Under the pieces are notes generated by a model. The model saw only the letters and a program-made list of their open reading frames with translations, made no database searches and had not been told where the DNA came from. A DNA stretch of 47,273 bases. Source: Bdellovibrionota bacterium. GTDB taxonomy: Bacteria; Bdellovibrionota; Bdellovibrionia; Bdellovibrionales; JAEYZS01. A program made the position numbers and the translations under genes. The first letter of the stretch is position 1. Each line of letters starts with the position of its first letter. Below, one piece after another: positions 46,173 to 47,273 of this stretch. The stretch is taken from positions 1 through 47,273 of the forward strand of contig CAUJEF010000003.1 in NCBI GenBank assembly GCA_963169515.1. The letters run 5' to 3'.

Positions 46173-47273
46173 TACAAAACTCCTTAAACACGCGATCCAT
46201 AATTTGATCGCCGACTTGGTTTCCCAAAAGTTCTTGAAAGTTTTGGAAGGCCTCTTTCAAACTGAAAGAAACTATGTCCGGGCTATTAGACTCTAAGTTA
46301 TGAAGCGTTTCTTCAATGTTGTTGTCTATTTTATTTAGAAGTTCGTAGTGCCTTGCTTTTATAATAACGTTTGAGTTTTCAACGAACGATTTTTCTAATT
46401 TTTTCGAAATCAACTGCATTACTTGCTCCATGCCGACTTGGGTTGTGGCGCTCACGCTGACCATATCAAAAGTAATTGCTGATAAGTTTTGAATTTTGTT
46501 CCTCAGGTCACTCTCAAAATCTTTGTTGCTCGCTAAGTCGCTCTTATTCATTAAAACAACAAGGTTTTTATTTTTTATACTCTCCAAAAGAGGCTTGTTC
46601 ACATCAGGCGTTCTGCTTTTATCTACGACATAAAATACAAAATCAGACTCTTTAATTTCAGTATAGGTCTTTTTTATTCCCAGGCTTTCTATTCGATCTT
46701 TCGTTTCATGTACTCCTGCTGTATCAAAAAATGTGATTTTAACTCCGTTTACAACTTTTGACCCTTCGACCACATCGCGAGTCGTTCCTGGAATTTCAGA
46801 CACCAGCGCTTTGCTTTGCCCGATTAATAGATTAAACAGGCTCGATTTTCCAACATTTGGCTCCCCAACTAGAGAAATTTTGACGCCTTCGCTTAAATAG
46901 CGAGCTTCTTTGTACGTCGACGAAAGCGTGCGGATTTCGTTTTGGACAGTTTCTAATTCATTCCTAATTTTTGTAAAATCTAAAACTTGTACATCCTCAT
47001 TTATGAAATCAATACTTGCCTCAAGGTTTGCGAGAACAAAGGTGATCCGGCTTTCGAGCTTTCCAATTTGCCGGCTTAATTCGCCCTTTAACTGCCGCAG
47101 TGACATTTGGTAGGCTTTTTCTGTCTCGCTTTGTATTAGGCCTAATATGCTCTCGGCCTGGATCAGATCGATCCGCCCAGACATAAAGGCTCGGTAGGTA
47201 AATTCTCCGCGCTCTGCTAATCGCGCTCCAGAAACTAACAACAAATTTAAAATCTCTTGGGTCACGGCAGGGC
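46162..47273 (-). CDS. mnmE: tRNA modification GTPase MnmE (TrmE), 3' portion; the N-terminus lies beyond the window end
   Basis: The reading frame is open to the window edge. G-domain motifs GEPNVGKSSLFN (G1), DTAG (G3) and NKSD (G4) are present, with the family-specific C-terminal CIGK. Confidence 0.95.
   Translation of the reverse strand, partial: PAVTQEILNLLLVSGARLAERGEFTYRAFMSGRIDLIQAESILGLIQSETEKAYQMSLRQLKGELSRQIGKLESRITFVLANLEASIDFINEDVQVLDFTKIRNELETVQNEIRTLSSTYKEARYLSEGVKISLVGEPNVGKSSLFNLLIGQSKALVSEIPGTTRDVVEGSKVVNGVKITFFDTAGVHETKDRIESLGIKKTYTEIKESDFVFYVVDKSRTPDVNKPLLESIKNKNLVVLMNKSDLASNKDFESDLRNKIQNLSAITFDMVSVSATTQVGMEQVMQLISKKLEKSFVENSNVIIKARHYELLNKIDNNIEETLHNLESNSPDIVSFSLKEAFQNFQELLGNQVGDQIMDRVFKEFCIGK

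Overview
This is a densely coding chromosomal window made up almost entirely of housekeeping genes, from a moderately AT-rich Gram-negative bacterium. The synteny is mnmE-mnmG-rsmG-parA-parB-bactofilin, then a b'-b-delta-alpha-gamma-beta-epsilon atp cluster. Together with a TIGR02147/DUF4423-type HTH protein and many secreted unknowns, it looks deltaproteobacterial or Bdellovibrionota-like. I cannot verify taxonomy without a database search. Contents from left to right: the 3' end of an acyl-CoA mutase large subunit; a capsule-synthesis-family gene divergent from a secreted EEP nuclease/phosphatase; an unknown-methyltransferase-tatA-tatC operon; a fused M16 peptidase; a hemW-grpE-DnaJ-like-TPR/PBP lipoprotein operon; two tandem cysteine-depleted DksA-like genes; lon; an HTH/coiled-coil gene divergent from a patatin-like lipase; a complex I membrane-arm-only operon (nuoA-H-J-K-L-M-N); mfd; three secreted or outer-membrane unknowns; a secreted GH3 hexosaminidase; the atp F1/stalk operon with one unknown ORF appended; a TIGR02147-like HTH gene; the parA-parB-bactofilin operon with two consensus parS sites; rsmG; mnmG; and the 3' part of mnmE. 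I saw no rRNA, tRNA, CRISPR array, transposase or integrase, and no recognisable defence or toxin-antitoxin system. I did not find a convincing, wholly novel multi-gene system. The most notable items are the peripheral-arm-less nuo operon, the overlapping parA-parB-bactofilin operon with an opposite-strand lipoprotein ORF bracketed by parS sites, the tandem Zn-finger-less DksA paralogues, and a small cluster of envelope proteins of unknown function. All family calls come from by-eye motif recognition and need HMM or BLAST confirmation.
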